Below are positions 39,769-50,198 of a DNA stretch of 64,000 nucleotides, piece by piece. A program made the translations under genes and the position numbers. This DNA is from Ostreococcus lucimarinus. Taxonomy: Eukaryota. The notes beneath the pieces are model-generated. The model saw only the letters and a list, made by a program, of their open reading frames with translations. It was not told where the DNA came from and made no database searches. Positions within the stretch are counted from its first letter, which is position 1; the number at the start of each line of letters is the position of its first letter. The stretch is from the NCBI GenBank assembly GCA_000092065.1, contig CP000587.1, one strand, 5' to 3'.

Positions 39769-41106
39769 TCACCTGAAGCACAGGGCAATCACGGGTCGGC
39801 CTTCGAACTTTTTCGCTGCTGCAATTAATTCTCCGAGTGGCGGTCCTAGAATCGTGAGAACGCTCACCACGCCAACGTGAGCGTACGTTCTCAGGATTTC
39901 ACGTATCTCAGGTAGGAAACATAATTTATGTTGAATTAATCCCGATCCGCTGGCGTCGAAACTCTCGCCTGCGGCTTCGGGAACGGTCAACATTAAATAA
40001 CTCGGTTGGTCGTTTCCATTCAACGCACTCACGGTGCCGACGGTTATTTCGGTCACTGCGACTGTTCCTCCCGCAAGTGCCGACTCGTACGCGTGCGTTA
40101 CCTCACACTGATCGTGGTCGTGCCCCGACAACACCAACACCGGCTCAACCGCCCGGAGCAATCGCTGCGCAGACTCGTCCGAGAGGTAGTCTTGATAAAT
40201 AATTTCCTTGTCTGAACCGAGCGTGCGGCCTTGAATTGCTTGCGAGTTTCGAAATGGCCCGCATCGCTGCGATGGATTGGGAAGCGGCAAGTGCGTCACG
40301 AGCACTCTCTTTACGTACGGCTCTTTCTTTTGAGCGCTTAAGCCATCCACGAACGCCCACGTCTCGTCTGTGGCCGGTCCTTTGCCGTCGAGGACCATGG
40401 CGTTGACGCCTACGAAGTCAACGCCGCCGATGCGCTCGACAAAGTTACTTTTTCCATACCATTCTTCGAACCGTGCGAGGATTCTGGGATGATGGCGAAT
40501 GACTTCGGAATAACCAACGTCATGGTTACCGGCGACGGTGTGGTACAACGGCCCACCATCGCCGTTTCTCGGCCACCAGAGCGCGGCGTCGACGCGACGC
40601 CGCAACGCGCGCCACTCGTCGTCGTTTCTACGTGCACCTTGCCCGAACAAGTCCCCCAGAAACACCACGTTTCTCGGTGCAAATCTTCTCAACCCTGCCT
40701 TCATCGTCCGTCGCACGTAGGCATCGCACACGGCTTCCGCAAACGCGAGCGCGCGCGACCGTCTGCCGAGCTCCCTGTACGTGTACTCGTCCACCAACTG
40801 TGGGTCCGCGGTCACCATCACCCTCGTCCCGTTCGCGCCGTGCGGCCACGAACATCGACGCTGCGCTACGACGTGCGAGTAGACTTCGCCGTGATGAAGC
40901 ACCGCGCCCCAAATCACGAATAACGACGCGTACAAAACGCGCGGTGGCCGCCCGCCGCGCCTTTCCGCGCGCCCATCTTCGTCGCCCTCGCGCGGTCGCC
41001 CGACGTCGCCTCGGCGCCGCGCGTTCGACGTCGACGACGCCGCGCGCGACGTCGAACGCGCGCGCGCTTCCGCGTCGTCGTTCGCGCGCCGTCGACGCGT
41101 CGACAT
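39769..41106 (-). CDS. Metallophosphoesterase of the MPPE1/PGAP5/Cdc1 family, with an N-terminal TM anchor
   Basis: Calcineurin-like phosphoesterase motifs: VTADPQL, FLGDLFGQG, VAGNHD and SGHDHDQC. N-terminal TM helix LYASLFVIWGAVL. ATG at 41106. Confidence 0.7.
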   Translation of the reverse strand: MSTRRRRANDDAEARARSTSRAASSTSNARRRGDVGRPREGDEDGRAERRGGRPPRVLYASLFVIWGAVLHHGEVYSHVVAQRRCSWPHGANGTRVMVTADPQLVDEYTYRELGRRSRALAFAEAVCDAYVRRTMKAGLRRFAPRNVVFLGDLFGQGARRNDDEWRALRRRVDAALWWPRNGDGGPLYHTVAGNHDVGYSEVIRHHPRILARFEEWYGKSNFVERIGGVDFVGVNAMVLDGKGPATDETWAFVDGLSAQKKEPYVKRVLVTHLPLPNPSQRCGPFRNSQAIQGRTLGSDKEIIYQDYLSDESAQRLLRAVEPVLVLSGHDHDQCEVTHAYESALAGGTVAVTEITVGTVSALNGNDQPSYLMLTVPEAAGESFDASGSGLIQHKLCFLPEIREILRTYAHVGVVSVLTILGPPLGELIAAAKKFEGRPVIALCFR

Positions 41107-41437
41107 CCCGCGCGCGCTGCGGCGGTCGCCGCGCGCGTGTAGGCGGGTTTAGGCCTCGACCCGGGACGCCCTGAAATCCGACCGCGACGCGCCCGTTTCG
41201 CCGACGCGTCGAGGCGCGGTCGCGGCGCGCGGGGTCGTCCCGGCGAGTTCGCGCCTCGACGGTCGAGCGCCGAGCGGTGCCGATCGAGCGTCGATCGCGC
41301 GATAGACGATAACGGGGGAAGCCAAGCCGTGAAGCCAGCGCTCGGTGCGACCGCGCGCGGCGGCGACGGCGACGCCAGACTGCGGTCGACGAGGGACAAA
41401 TTTTAGATTGGATTGCGAGCGGCGCCGGTGACGCGTC

Positions 41438-43849
41438 ATGGACCGGCGAGATGAGGCTGGTGCGGTCGCGTCCTCGTCTGCACCCGCGACGCGCGCTCGA
41501 GCGTTGTTCGCGCGCAGGAAGCCGGCGTTTTCAGCCTCGTTCGCGCGATCACGATCGAACGCGGGAGAGGTGGAAGCCGCGCTTCGCGCCGTCGAGAGCA
41601 AGCTCGCGGAGGAAAAGGGAAAACTCGACGACAGCCAAAGAGCGCACCCACTCGCGGGGAAGGCGCGAGTTGAATTGAACGACGGTGATGTCTATCGCGG
41701 GCCGTGGAACGATCACTCGCCGGTGGGATACGGACGATATTCGTGGGCGAACGGGAACGAATACGTGGGCGAATTCCACGACGGCAAGCCGAGCGGGCGA
41801 GGAACGTACGAGTGGGCGCACGGCGGGGTGTACAAGGGCAATTTCGAACACGGTTTGATGCACGGGGAAGGGACGTATACGGCGTCGGACGGTGCGAAGT
41901 ACCACGGGTCTTGGAGACGGGGGAAAAAGCATGGTTTAGGCATACAGCATTTTACCAACGGCGACTGCTACGAGGGACTGTGGAACGATGGGGTCGGCCA
42001 CGGACCGGGAACGTACAGATGGAAGGCGCTCGAAGGCGAAGAAGGACACGACGAGTTCGATGGTGAGTGGCTTAATGGGAAAATGCACGGATGGGGCACC
42101 TTGCGGTGGGGATCGGGCGATCGATACGATGGTAACTGGTCCGTGGGACAAATTTCCGGCAGCGGTGTCATGACTTGGTGCGACGGGTCATCTTTTAGTG
42201 GGCGATGGAAATGCGGTAAGAAGGACGGGTCGGGTGCGTTCATGTTGTCTGGGGGTGAAAGTTCTAGTGTTACTCGAAACAATATCAAACTCAGCGTGCA
42301 AATCAACCGATCAGCGAGGCCCAAGACAAGTTTTGATGACAGCGAAGGCGAGGAAATTATCGCCGCAGATCTAGGCAACACATACTTGTTGCTCTGCGAG
42401 TGCTCTGAGGATCAAATCTTGAAGAAAGAAGTCGTCGAGACCGATGGTGTGGCCCACAAACATTCGTTGTGGACGAGTCCGATGGCGAGTAGATCACGAA
42501 AGGTCCGTAAAGTCCGGCATGGAGAAACTATTTACAAAGGTCACGGGAGTTACGACTTGATGCTACAACTGCGCGTTGGCATTCGTTGGAGTGTGAGCAG
42601 CATGCAAGAGTTCTCGGACGTCGCTTTGCAAACTTGTAGCTTTGACGTAAGCCTCAAGCAACAGTTTCCTCGCGGTGGCTCTGCGAAAACGCCGCCGCAC
42701 TTCGCTCGAACGTTCAAGTGGAAAGAATATAGACCAGAAGTTTTTCGACATTTACGTGCGCGTTGGCGAGTAGATCCCGCACAGTTTATGCTGTCGCTGT
42801 GTGGTGATCAAGCGCTGAGAGAGCTGTCTTCGCCTGGTAAGTCCGGGAGTGTGTTTTACATATCTCACGACGATCAATTCATCATCAAAACGATGCGAAA
42901 GTCGGAAATGGTGCGACTCAAGTCTTGGTTGCATGTGTATTACCAACACGTTCACGATTACCCCGAGACGTTATTGCCAAAGTTTTACGGCTTGTATAGC
43001 ATCAAAGCGGCTGGCACTGCGAGGAAGGTACGGGTGGTTGTCATGTCGAATCTCTTCTCCGCCAAGCACCCGATACACAAGACTTTTGATCTCAAAGGCT
43101 CGACACACGGACGTTTCACGAAGCTGGAAAACGCGACGCCACACACCGTGTTGAAAGACTTGGATATTTCTAGAAAATTCCGCGTTGAAGAAGGGAAACG
43201 AGATAAACTCATCGAGCAATTGAACAAAGATTGTATATTTCTGCAGAAATTACGTGTCATGGATTACAGTCTCCTCGTTGGAGTACACGTCCTGCCTCCA
43301 GCGTTGGGGCGCGGACGACTCGCTTCCCCACGTTACAGCGAAGTCGGCGCCACCTCGCCAGTACAAGAAGAATCTGGTTCGCCTTGGGGCGGGGCGGAAT
43401 GGCGAGATCACGTCATGCAATCGGTTCGTCGAAATATGAAAGCACTCGACTTGTACAACGACCGAAAACAGTTTGGCTTCGCGCACGGGATGGAGGAAGT
43501 CTCGCCGAGCGAGCAAGCCTCGCTGCGACCGCCACCGGGAACAGACGACCTCATCGCGCACTCTACTGGAGCAGCAAAGTCCAAGTTGGGCGTCGCTATG
43601 GCCGCAGTCTCCGTGCACGGGCGTATTTTGACGAAGCAACCTCCAGTTGAGTCCCCTATCGAAGAGCACACGGAGCCTCAAGACGTCATTCTATACCTCG
43701 GCATCATTGATATCTTGCAGGAATACACGACGTCGAAAAATTTAGAGACCAAGATGATGGGTGTGATGGGTAAAAAGTCTTTCTCCTCCATCGATCCGAC
43801 GAATTACGCGAAACGGTTCCTGAACTTCATGTCTAATTTGTTTGAATAG
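41438..43849 (+). CDS. PIP5K: Phosphatidylinositol-4-phosphate 5-kinase with N-terminal MORN repeats (plant-type PIP5K)
   Basis: About 8 MORN repeats (YRGPWNDHSPVGYGRYSWANGNEYVGEFHDGKPSGRGTYEWAHGGVYKGNF...). C-terminal PIPK catalytic region GKSGSVFYISHDDQFIIKTMRKSE...MDYSLLVGVH...GIIDILQEY. Confidence 0.9.
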   Translation: MDRRDEAGAVASSSAPATRARALFARRKPAFSASFARSRSNAGEVEAALRAVESKLAEEKGKLDDSQRAHPLAGKARVELNDGDVYRGPWNDHSPVGYGRYSWANGNEYVGEFHDGKPSGRGTYEWAHGGVYKGNFEHGLMHGEGTYTASDGAKYHGSWRRGKKHGLGIQHFTNGDCYEGLWNDGVGHGPGTYRWKALEGEEGHDEFDGEWLNGKMHGWGTLRWGSGDRYDGNWSVGQISGSGVMTWCDGSSFSGRWKCGKKDGSGAFMLSGGESSSVTRNNIKLSVQINRSARPKTSFDDSEGEEIIAADLGNTYLLLCECSEDQILKKEVVETDGVAHKHSLWTSPMASRSRKVRKVRHGETIYKGHGSYDLMLQLRVGIRWSVSSMQEFSDVALQTCSFDVSLKQQFPRGGSAKTPPHFARTFKWKEYRPEVFRHLRARWRVDPAQFMLSLCGDQALRELSSPGKSGSVFYISHDDQFIIKTMRKSEMVRLKSWLHVYYQHVHDYPETLLPKFYGLYSIKAAGTARKVRVVVMSNLFSAKHPIHKTFDLKGSTHGRFTKLENATPHTVLKDLDISRKFRVEEGKRDKLIEQLNKDCIFLQKLRVMDYSLLVGVHVLPPALGRGRLASPRYSEVGATSPVQEESGSPWGGAEWRDHVMQSVRRNMKALDLYNDRKQFGFAHGMEEVSPSEQASLRPPPGTDDLIAHSTGAAKSKLGVAMAAVSVHGRILTKQPPVESPIEEHTEPQDVILYLGIIDILQEYTTSKNLETKMMGVMGKKSFSSIDPTNYAKRFLNFMSNLFE

Positions 43850-43869
43850 TTAATTTAATTGCTAGCGCC

Positions 43870-44514
43870 CTACTTTACAGCCGACGACGACTTTTCATCC
43901 GCGCCATCGTCGTCAATTTTGTCCGTCTCAGTCTTCTCTGCCTTTTCTAACACGTCCTCCGCCTTCGAAATCAGCGACGCGGCCTTTCTAGAAAAGCTCT
44001 CGCCCGTCTCTAATTCTTCGCTCGCTTCTCGAAACCCTTCTCTATACGCCTTAATGAACTCGCGAACGCCGTCTCTGTACGCCCGCCCTCTGGTCTCGTA
44101 CAAGTATGTCACGAAAGGTTTAAATCCAGCTTTTCCCGCTCGTAGCGTCTGCTTCGCCTCATCGGCGAGTAATCGCCCTTCGTTCGAGTCTTTGTCATCA
44201 CTTTTTATCGTCGTCGACGTTTCGCGCACCGCGCTTCGTCTCGCGTCCTCTGACTCGTCTCGCGTCGACGTCGCCTCTTCTTCCTCTCCTTCGTCTCTTC
44301 GAAACACGTTCACCCAGCTCTGTTTGTACATCTCCCACGCCTTCGTCCACACCTCTTTGTGTTCGTCCAACGTCAATTTCCGCGCGCGCTGCGCTTTATA
44401 CCACGGCGGGTCGTCCATCGCGCGCGGCCAGACGATGTCGCGCGCGTCGCGTTCGAGGTACCGCTTCAGGCGCTGCGCGAGCGTCGCCGTCGCGCGCGCG
44501 CGCGGTCGCGACAT
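43870..44514 (-). CDS. Hypothetical charged/coiled protein (214 aa)
   Basis: ATG at 44514 (MSRPRARATATLAQRLKRYLERDARDIVWPRAMDDPPWYK...). The upstream portion of the track ORF is GC-rich leader. No recognisable family. Confidence 0.4.
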   Translation of the reverse strand: MSRPRARATATLAQRLKRYLERDARDIVWPRAMDDPPWYKAQRARKLTLDEHKEVWTKAWEMYKQSWVNVFRRDEGEEEEATSTRDESEDARRSAVRETSTTIKSDDKDSNEGRLLADEAKQTLRAGKAGFKPFVTYLYETRGRAYRDGVREFIKAYREGFREASEELETGESFSRKAASLISKAEDVLEKAEKTETDKIDDDGADEKSSSAVK

Positions 44515-44720
44515 CGGATCGCCGTCGACGCGCGCGCGCGGTCGCGTGTTCGCACGCGCGCGCGTCGCTCGACCGGTGTCGCGACGCGGTGTCACGACGC
44601 GGACGCGAATGCGACGCGCGACGCGCGATTCGTTTGGACCGACGGCGTCGCCATTCACGCGCGCGCGAGCGTCGTACGCGGGCGCGTGATTCGAGGCGCG
44701 GTACCGACCGGAAGCGGTTT

Positions 44721-44766
<46 letters not shown>
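44721..44766. repeat. (GAC)n trinucleotide microsatellite, about 14 units, in the VHA-C 5' leader / divergent promoter
   Basis: Perfect gacgacgac... run immediately upstream of the VHA-C ATG (44797). Confidence 0.9.
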
Positions 44767-44767
<1 letters not shown>

Positions 44768-44796
44768 CGACGACGAGCGACGACTGAACGCGAACG

Positions 44797-45921
44797 ATGA
44801 CGACGACGTATTGGCTCGTGAGTCTACCTCTGCGCGGGTCGAGCGCGGACGCGGCGTGGGCGACGCTGCAGCGACACACGGGCGGGAGCAACGATCTGTC
44901 GCTGAACTATAAGATGCGATGCCCGGACCTGCGCGTGGGGACGCTGGACAGTCTGTTGGCGCTGAGCGATGATTTGGTCAAGGTGAACGCGCTGGCGGAG
45001 CAGGTGGTGGAGAAGGTGCGGCGACAGTTCGGCGAGCTCGGCGACGCGACGACGAGCGAACGAGAACTGCGCGTGGATGGTGAATCCGTCGAACGATATC
45101 TGACGACGTTCGAGTGGGATGAAGCGAAGAATCCGGCTCGACGAGCGTTGAAGGAGACGGTTGAGAAGCTCTCGGAGCGCTTGTCGCGCATCGACGAAGA
45201 GTTCAAATTGAAGTGCGGGCAGTTGGCGACGTCTAAAAATCATCTGAACGCCATCGTTCGTAAAGTTGGGAGCGGGGTGAACGCACAAGATTTGAGCGAC
45301 AAGGTCAATCCCGAGGATTTAGTTCAGACAGAAAACTTGACCACGCTCGTGGTGCAAGTGCCGAAACTGAAGACAGAGGTTTGGACGAGCTCGTACGAGA
45401 CGCTAGCGAGCTTCGTCGTGCCGCGTTCTTCAAAGATTATTCACGTCGAAGATGATTACGAGTTACGAACGGTGGTATTGTTCAGGCGTGTCGTCGATGC
45501 GTTCACGACCGCGGCGCGAGAGATCGGCTGCACTGCTAAGGAGTATTCGCACGATCCTGAAGCGTCGAGAGCGGCGAAATCGCAACGAGGTGCGCTAGAG
45601 CAAGAAGTTGTCCAGAGGAGAGATTCTTTGTTAGAGTGGTGTCAGATAAGCTACGGTGAGGCTTTTAGTACTATGATGCACGTGTGCACGGTGCGCGTAT
45701 TTGTGGAGAGTATTTTGCGCTATGGCTTACCGCCGGATTTTCAAGCCGTCCTCATGCGACCCAATATGAAGCACGTGAGCAAGCTGCGAAAAGTATTGAA
45801 TCAAGAGTTCGGCAAAGACGCCTCGTCGCATTGGGATGACGAAATCGGCGGTGATGAGAAATCTGGCGGCGGTTTGGTGGAAGACATGTACTCGTACGTG
45901 TCTCTGACAATGAAGGTTTAA
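44797..45921 (+). CDS. VHA-C: V-type H+-ATPase subunit C
   Basis: N-terminus YWLVSLPLRGSSADAAWATLQ...MRCPDLRVGTLDSLLALSDDLVKVNALAEQVVEKV aligns with V-ATPase C subunits. ATG at 44797. Confidence 0.9.
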   Translation: MTTTYWLVSLPLRGSSADAAWATLQRHTGGSNDLSLNYKMRCPDLRVGTLDSLLALSDDLVKVNALAEQVVEKVRRQFGELGDATTSERELRVDGESVERYLTTFEWDEAKNPARRALKETVEKLSERLSRIDEEFKLKCGQLATSKNHLNAIVRKVGSGVNAQDLSDKVNPEDLVQTENLTTLVVQVPKLKTEVWTSSYETLASFVVPRSSKIIHVEDDYELRTVVLFRRVVDAFTTAAREIGCTAKEYSHDPEASRAAKSQRGALEQEVVQRRDSLLEWCQISYGEAFSTMMHVCTVRVFVESILRYGLPPDFQAVLMRPNMKHVSKLRKVLNQEFGKDASSHWDDEIGGDEKSGGGLVEDMYSYVSLTMKV

Positions 45922-46040
45922 CAATGCTCGCAGCGACTAGCGCGCACACGCAACGATAGCATAGACATTAACGAATTCGCAACATCTTCATTGAAAAACA
46001 CTGCATCTACTATCTAAATTTGTCTGCCCTTTCCTCGAAA

Positions 46041-47624
46041 TTAACGGAACGAGAACAACTTACTGAACTTTTCAGCAACCTTGCTAGTCAAGTCGCTGCC
46101 CGATTGAGACTTCGTAACCGAGTCGTCAGCCTCCTGCAACTTGCGCTGTGCTTTCGCAACGCGGACTTCAATCTCTTTGAGAAGTTCAGTGGCTTCATCT
46201 TGGATCTCTCCCGCGCAATCTCGTCCCTCGGCATCCGTGGCGAGATCCGTGGCAATTTCGAAGTATGCCTTTGCCTCTTTGGAATTACCAACTTGCACGT
46301 AGTGACAAGCCAAAGCAACATTTTGTCGCGCCTTGAGCAGCATGACTTCTGCTTCACAGTCTACTTCGAATTCCTCGATATGCTTGTCGGCATCTTCGGG
46401 CTTGAGCCGGAGCAACATCGGCGCCGTTTCCATCAAGTCCTCGTAGTCGACAGTCGCGGCATCGTACATTCGAGCGAGATCGCCAAAATTCAGTTTCTTA
46501 TCAGCCTTCTCTTTCTTCGCGCGACCACTGAGCTTTTTGTCAAGCTGATCGCAAACGAACTTGTTTCGATCGATGAGTTTATCCTTAACGATCAGAGATA
46601 ACGCAATCTCGGTTAACTTGATGCGATCGGCTTTGTCTTCGTCATCCCCCTGCTGATACAGAGCCTTGGCAGTCTCCTTCTCGACGTCGTCGTTGAGTTT
46701 CATGCGAGCTTCATCGTAAAAGGCGATTCCCTTAGCGAATAACATGCCCGCCTTGTGCCCAGTGGCGTTCTTAAGCGCGTCAACCTTGGCCAAGCAGTCT
46801 TGCGCTTGAGCAATGAGCACGCGAGCGTCGCGGTTCTTGAGCTCGAAGTCCATCGCATGCCATCTAATTTTATCTTCAATCTCCGGTGGTGCCTCAACTT
46901 TCATGGTGAACACCTTATTTGATGACAAACCGATCGCGGCTTCCTTCTCCATGGCTTTCAAATCCGCCGTTCGACCTTGTTTGTAGTGCGCAAACCGAAC
47001 GAGGTCCGCGAGGTCCTCCGTTCGCTCTCGGTACAACTCCAAGCGCTTCTGATCCCCGAGCACACCGAGCTTGGCGTACGCAAGCTTTGCGCGAAGAAGT
47101 TTTGTAATAGCACCGACGTAATCCTTCCCTTGCTCCACCGCGCAGACGCCGCCTATGTAGTTGGCGTATGCGTCGCCCTCCAACGCCGTCTGGTCGTTTC
47201 CGAGTCGCTCGCAAAACGTCGCCAACTCGTTCGCGTGCGTCACCGCCTTCTTCAAACGACGAAGCATGTGCTGTCTTAGATCACTCCGCCTTCTCTTGAC
47301 GTTGGTTAAATCCTTCATCTCCATCGCATACGCCCACGCCCGTTCGCTTTGCACGAGCGGAACCAAAAGCGCGCGTTCGTCCGCGATCGTGTTTGCCACC
47401 AAAGGTTTCTTCACGAAGCGTCCTTTACCGTGCTTCATCTTGCACGCCTGGTACAAACGAGCAAGACGACGCGCGCAGTATCCTCGATATCGCGCGTAAT
47501 CGCGGTGTCGTAGCCCGTGCTCACGCTGCGCTGCGGAGATGATCGAGAGAATCTCCAGGGACACATTCGACAGCACAGGTTCCGCGGGCGCGGTGTCGAC
47601 CTGCATGGTGTCCACGGTATCCAT
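46041..47624 (-). CDS. SRP68: Signal recognition particle 68 kDa subunit (SRP68)
   Basis: SLEILSIISAAQREHGLRHRDYARYRGYCARRLARL...ERAWAYAMEMK...LRRLKKAVTHANEL matches SRP68 RNA-binding/TPR regions. The track start is GTG. First ATG at 47624. Confidence 0.85.
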   Translation of the reverse strand: MDTVDTMQVDTAPAEPVLSNVSLEILSIISAAQREHGLRHRDYARYRGYCARRLARLYQACKMKHGKGRFVKKPLVANTIADERALLVPLVQSERAWAYAMEMKDLTNVKRRRSDLRQHMLRRLKKAVTHANELATFCERLGNDQTALEGDAYANYIGGVCAVEQGKDYVGAITKLLRAKLAYAKLGVLGDQKRLELYRERTEDLADLVRFAHYKQGRTADLKAMEKEAAIGLSSNKVFTMKVEAPPEIEDKIRWHAMDFELKNRDARVLIAQAQDCLAKVDALKNATGHKAGMLFAKGIAFYDEARMKLNDDVEKETAKALYQQGDDEDKADRIKLTEIALSLIVKDKLIDRNKFVCDQLDKKLSGRAKKEKADKKLNFGDLARMYDAATVDYEDLMETAPMLLRLKPEDADKHIEEFEVDCEAEVMLLKARQNVALACHYVQVGNSKEAKAYFEIATDLATDAEGRDCAGEIQDEATELLKEIEVRVAKAQRKLQEADDSVTKSQSGSDLTSKVAEKFSKLFSFR

Positions 47625-47791
47625 CGCTCGCGCGACCGACGCTACCGACGTCGATTCGTTTCGCGGTCGCGACGCGCGGTGGTCTCGTCGCGAGCACGGA
47701 CGCGAGTGCACGTTTTGGAATGAAGACTGTCTTAGGGCAACAGAACTCGGCGTGTGCGTTTCTCAACGTTTTGAATAAATATAACAAATGC

Positions 47792-48574
47792 TTAAATGGC
47801 ACCGATGTTTTTCAGGAGCGCGGTGTGAGTCGGGAACGGGTCCGATTTACCATCTGCGATCGCTTTTTCGGATAAGCCGTAGAAGTAACCGTTTCGCCAA
47901 GGAAATTCCTTGACGCCGCACGGGAAATGTGCGACAGTCTTTGCGTACGCGATCAGTCGATCGACGGCTCCGGGGGCGAATTTCGCCCCAGTGCACGCGG
48001 TAGTACCAGACAACAATTCTTCGATCAAAGCCACGACTTCATCTTTGTACGTCGTCGCGACGTCGCCAACCTTGGCGCCTTCGTGTTGAGCGCCGACCAG
48101 CATCATCGCGCAAATCCATATCAATTTCTCGTACATGGAACCTTCGTACGTCGGAGCGTCTAAAACGTGGCAACTCAAATCACCGTTATGGAAACGCGCG
48201 GCGACGGCGTCGGCCCACTTGCCCGTCGCCGCCGTGAGACCTTCGGGGTTTAACTCAGTTACCCCGTCGGTTGGCTTGTCGCCGAGAGCGGCGACCGCAA
48301 AATAAATTAGCGCTTGAGTGTTCGCCCCAAGACCTTGCGCATCGAGAAACTGCTGCAGCATCCCGTTTTGCATGAAAACCAAATCTTCTCTGCGGTCGGC
48401 CGGACAATTTTTGATCACATCTTCCAGCACGTCGTTGCGAGTGGCGACGTAAATCGGCCCCGTCTTGGGCTCGCTCGGAAACGCCTCGCCTCGGCGCACG
48501 ACGACGTCGCCCTCGACGCCCATATCCCTCAACGCTTGCCCGACGCGTCCACCACCGATGATAATGGACGGCAT
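47792..48574 (-). CDS. NAD(P)-binding oxidoreductase, ketopantoate-reductase (ApbA/PanE)-like fold. Assignment is tentative.
   Basis: N-terminal Rossmann GxGxxG (IIIGGGRVGQAL). The C-terminal half resembles the ApbA_C helical domain. ATG at 48574 (the track start codon is a GTG 3 nt upstream). Confidence 0.4.
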   Translation of the reverse strand: MPSIIIGGGRVGQALRDMGVEGDVVVRRGEAFPSEPKTGPIYVATRNDVLEDVIKNCPADRREDLVFMQNGMLQQFLDAQGLGANTQALIYFAVAALGDKPTDGVTELNPEGLTAATGKWADAVAARFHNGDLSCHVLDAPTYEGSMYEKLIWICAMMLVGAQHEGAKVGDVATTYKDEVVALIEELLSGTTACTGAKFAPGAVDRLIAYAKTVAHFPCGVKEFPWRNGYFYGLSEKAIADGKSDPFPTHTALLKNIGAI

Positions 48575-48863
48575 CACTTCACCTTTCGTCGCGTTCTGCG
48601 CGCGCGACGTTCACACGTCAGTCATTAATCCACGTCTGCAAATCAATCGGCGCGTGGCGGGGTCGCGTCGATGCGTCCTGAACGCACCGTCATGACGCTC
48701 CAGACGCGTCGAACGGAGGTTTTCGCGGCGTGAACGCGAGCGTTAGGGACGATGTTTACTTTCGCGATCGCAGCGTTGGCGTGCATAACGATCTGCGCGC
48801 GCTGGACTGAGGCGCTTCTCGACAGGTGGGGGCTTCGTGTTTTTACAAATATCCACACACGAA

Positions 48864-49919
48864 TCACTCGCGTTGGAGCGCTCGCTCGGCTAAGTACAGG
48901 GCGCTCGTGAGACCGGTTTGATAGCCCCACGCGGGAGGAACGATGAAGTGTCGTAAATAAGCATCGTCCATGATTTGATCGACGGCTAGGTAGCCCTGCA
49001 AGATGTCTCGGACGTTGGCACGAATCTTGCTGAATAAGCACTCGCGCTGCATGACGCCACCGCCGAGGACGATGCGCTCAGGGGCGAGGGTTAAGATGAG
49101 ATTGACGCACATGCCGGCAAGATAATGTGCGGCATGTTCCCAAATGTCATCGTCATCCGGAAGCGATGCGAGCTCGGCGGCTGAGACGCCCCGTCGTTTT
49201 GCCAACGCTCCGCTTCCGACCATGCCTTCCACGCAGTTGCCATGAAACGGACACGTTCCCGCAAACGTTTCCCCTGCTCTCATCTTGACGAACATGTGAC
49301 CCGCCTCAGGATGTAGCATACCGTGCACTGGTAAGCCATTGCACACCACACCAACCCCGACGCCCGTACCCACGGTGACGTAACAACACGACTCGCCGCC
49401 CACGAGATGGACGTGTTTCAACTCGTGTTTCAACGCCCTATGTTCCAACATCGCCGGCGCATTGACGTCCGTTTCAAACGCCAAAGGCACCTGATCGATC
49501 GTGTGCAATCGAGCGCGTCCTCGCCACGCCCTTTCCTCCTCCTCCGTCGCGTCCTTTTTCCCGAACAGACTGCCCAAGACGTCGACGTCTTGCCACCCCG
49601 CCTTCGGCGTCGTCGTGATGTATCCGTACTTGTCTTTATCTGGATTCAGCTCCAACGGCCCGAAAGTCGCCACCCCGATCGCATCCGCGTCCCACGCGTT
49701 GATTTCGATCCACTCTCGTATCGTTCGCAGCGTCTCCTCCGGCGTCGTCGTCTCAAACCTCTGTTCCCGCCCGCCGTCCCTCTTGTTGAAATGCTCCTCC
49801 CCTCGCGCGCTCGACGCGCTGCTCACGCTCGCACCGCCCTCGACGTCGATCTCGATCGCGCGCGCGATCCACGTCGTCCCTCCGCCTTCGATCCCGAGCA
49901 GTTTCATCCGCCTGCCCAT
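48864..49919 (-). CDS. ROK-family sugar kinase (fructokinase/N-acetylglucosamine-kinase-like)
   Basis: ROK N-terminus LLGIEGGGTTWIARAIE and zinc motif GTCPFHGNCVEGMVGSGA. ATG at 49919 (MGRRMKLLG). The upstream part of the track ORF is GC-rich leader. Confidence 0.7.
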   Translation of the reverse strand: MGRRMKLLGIEGGGTTWIARAIEIDVEGGASVSSASSARGEEHFNKRDGGREQRFETTTPEETLRTIREWIEINAWDADAIGVATFGPLELNPDKDKYGYITTTPKAGWQDVDVLGSLFGKKDATEEEERAWRGRARLHTIDQVPLAFETDVNAPAMLEHRALKHELKHVHLVGGESCCYVTVGTGVGVGVVCNGLPVHGMLHPEAGHMFVKMRAGETFAGTCPFHGNCVEGMVGSGALAKRRGVSAAELASLPDDDDIWEHAAHYLAGMCVNLILTLAPERIVLGGGVMQRECLFSKIRANVRDILQGYLAVDQIMDDAYLRHFIVPPAWGYQTGLTSALYLAERALQRE

Positions 49920-49980
49920 CGCGCGCGCTCGCGCGTCGGCGCGCGTCGAGCAATCCCAATCGTTCGCGCGCGGCAACGAC

Positions 49981-50020
49981 CGCGGTCGGTCGGTCGGTCG
50001 GTCGTCGGTCGCGGTCGGTC
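49981..50020. repeat. (GGTC)n-rich tetranucleotide tract in the ROK / eL37 divergent promoter
   Basis: cgcggtcggtcggtcggtcggtcgtcggtcgcggtcggtcg. Confidence 0.85.
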
Positions 50021-50198
50021 GACGCGCGTTCGAAATCGCGTACAACGCGTAAATGCGCGCCCAAGAGACGCGCGCGTGCGCGTCGTCATAAGTCTTAAAC
50101 ACTGATCACAAACACGGACACCACGGCCCGATCGCGCGCGCACGCCCTCGCCCTCGCCCCGTCGCATCGACCTCTTTACGCGACGCGAGCGACGAGAC

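Noticed and set aside
48754-48915. Short plus-strand ORF with a hydrophobic, signal-peptide-like start (MFTFAIAALACITICARW…)
   Set aside because: Only about 53 codons. Overlaps the 3' end of the minus-strand ROK kinase gene. No downstream exon found. Likely chance ORF or uORF.
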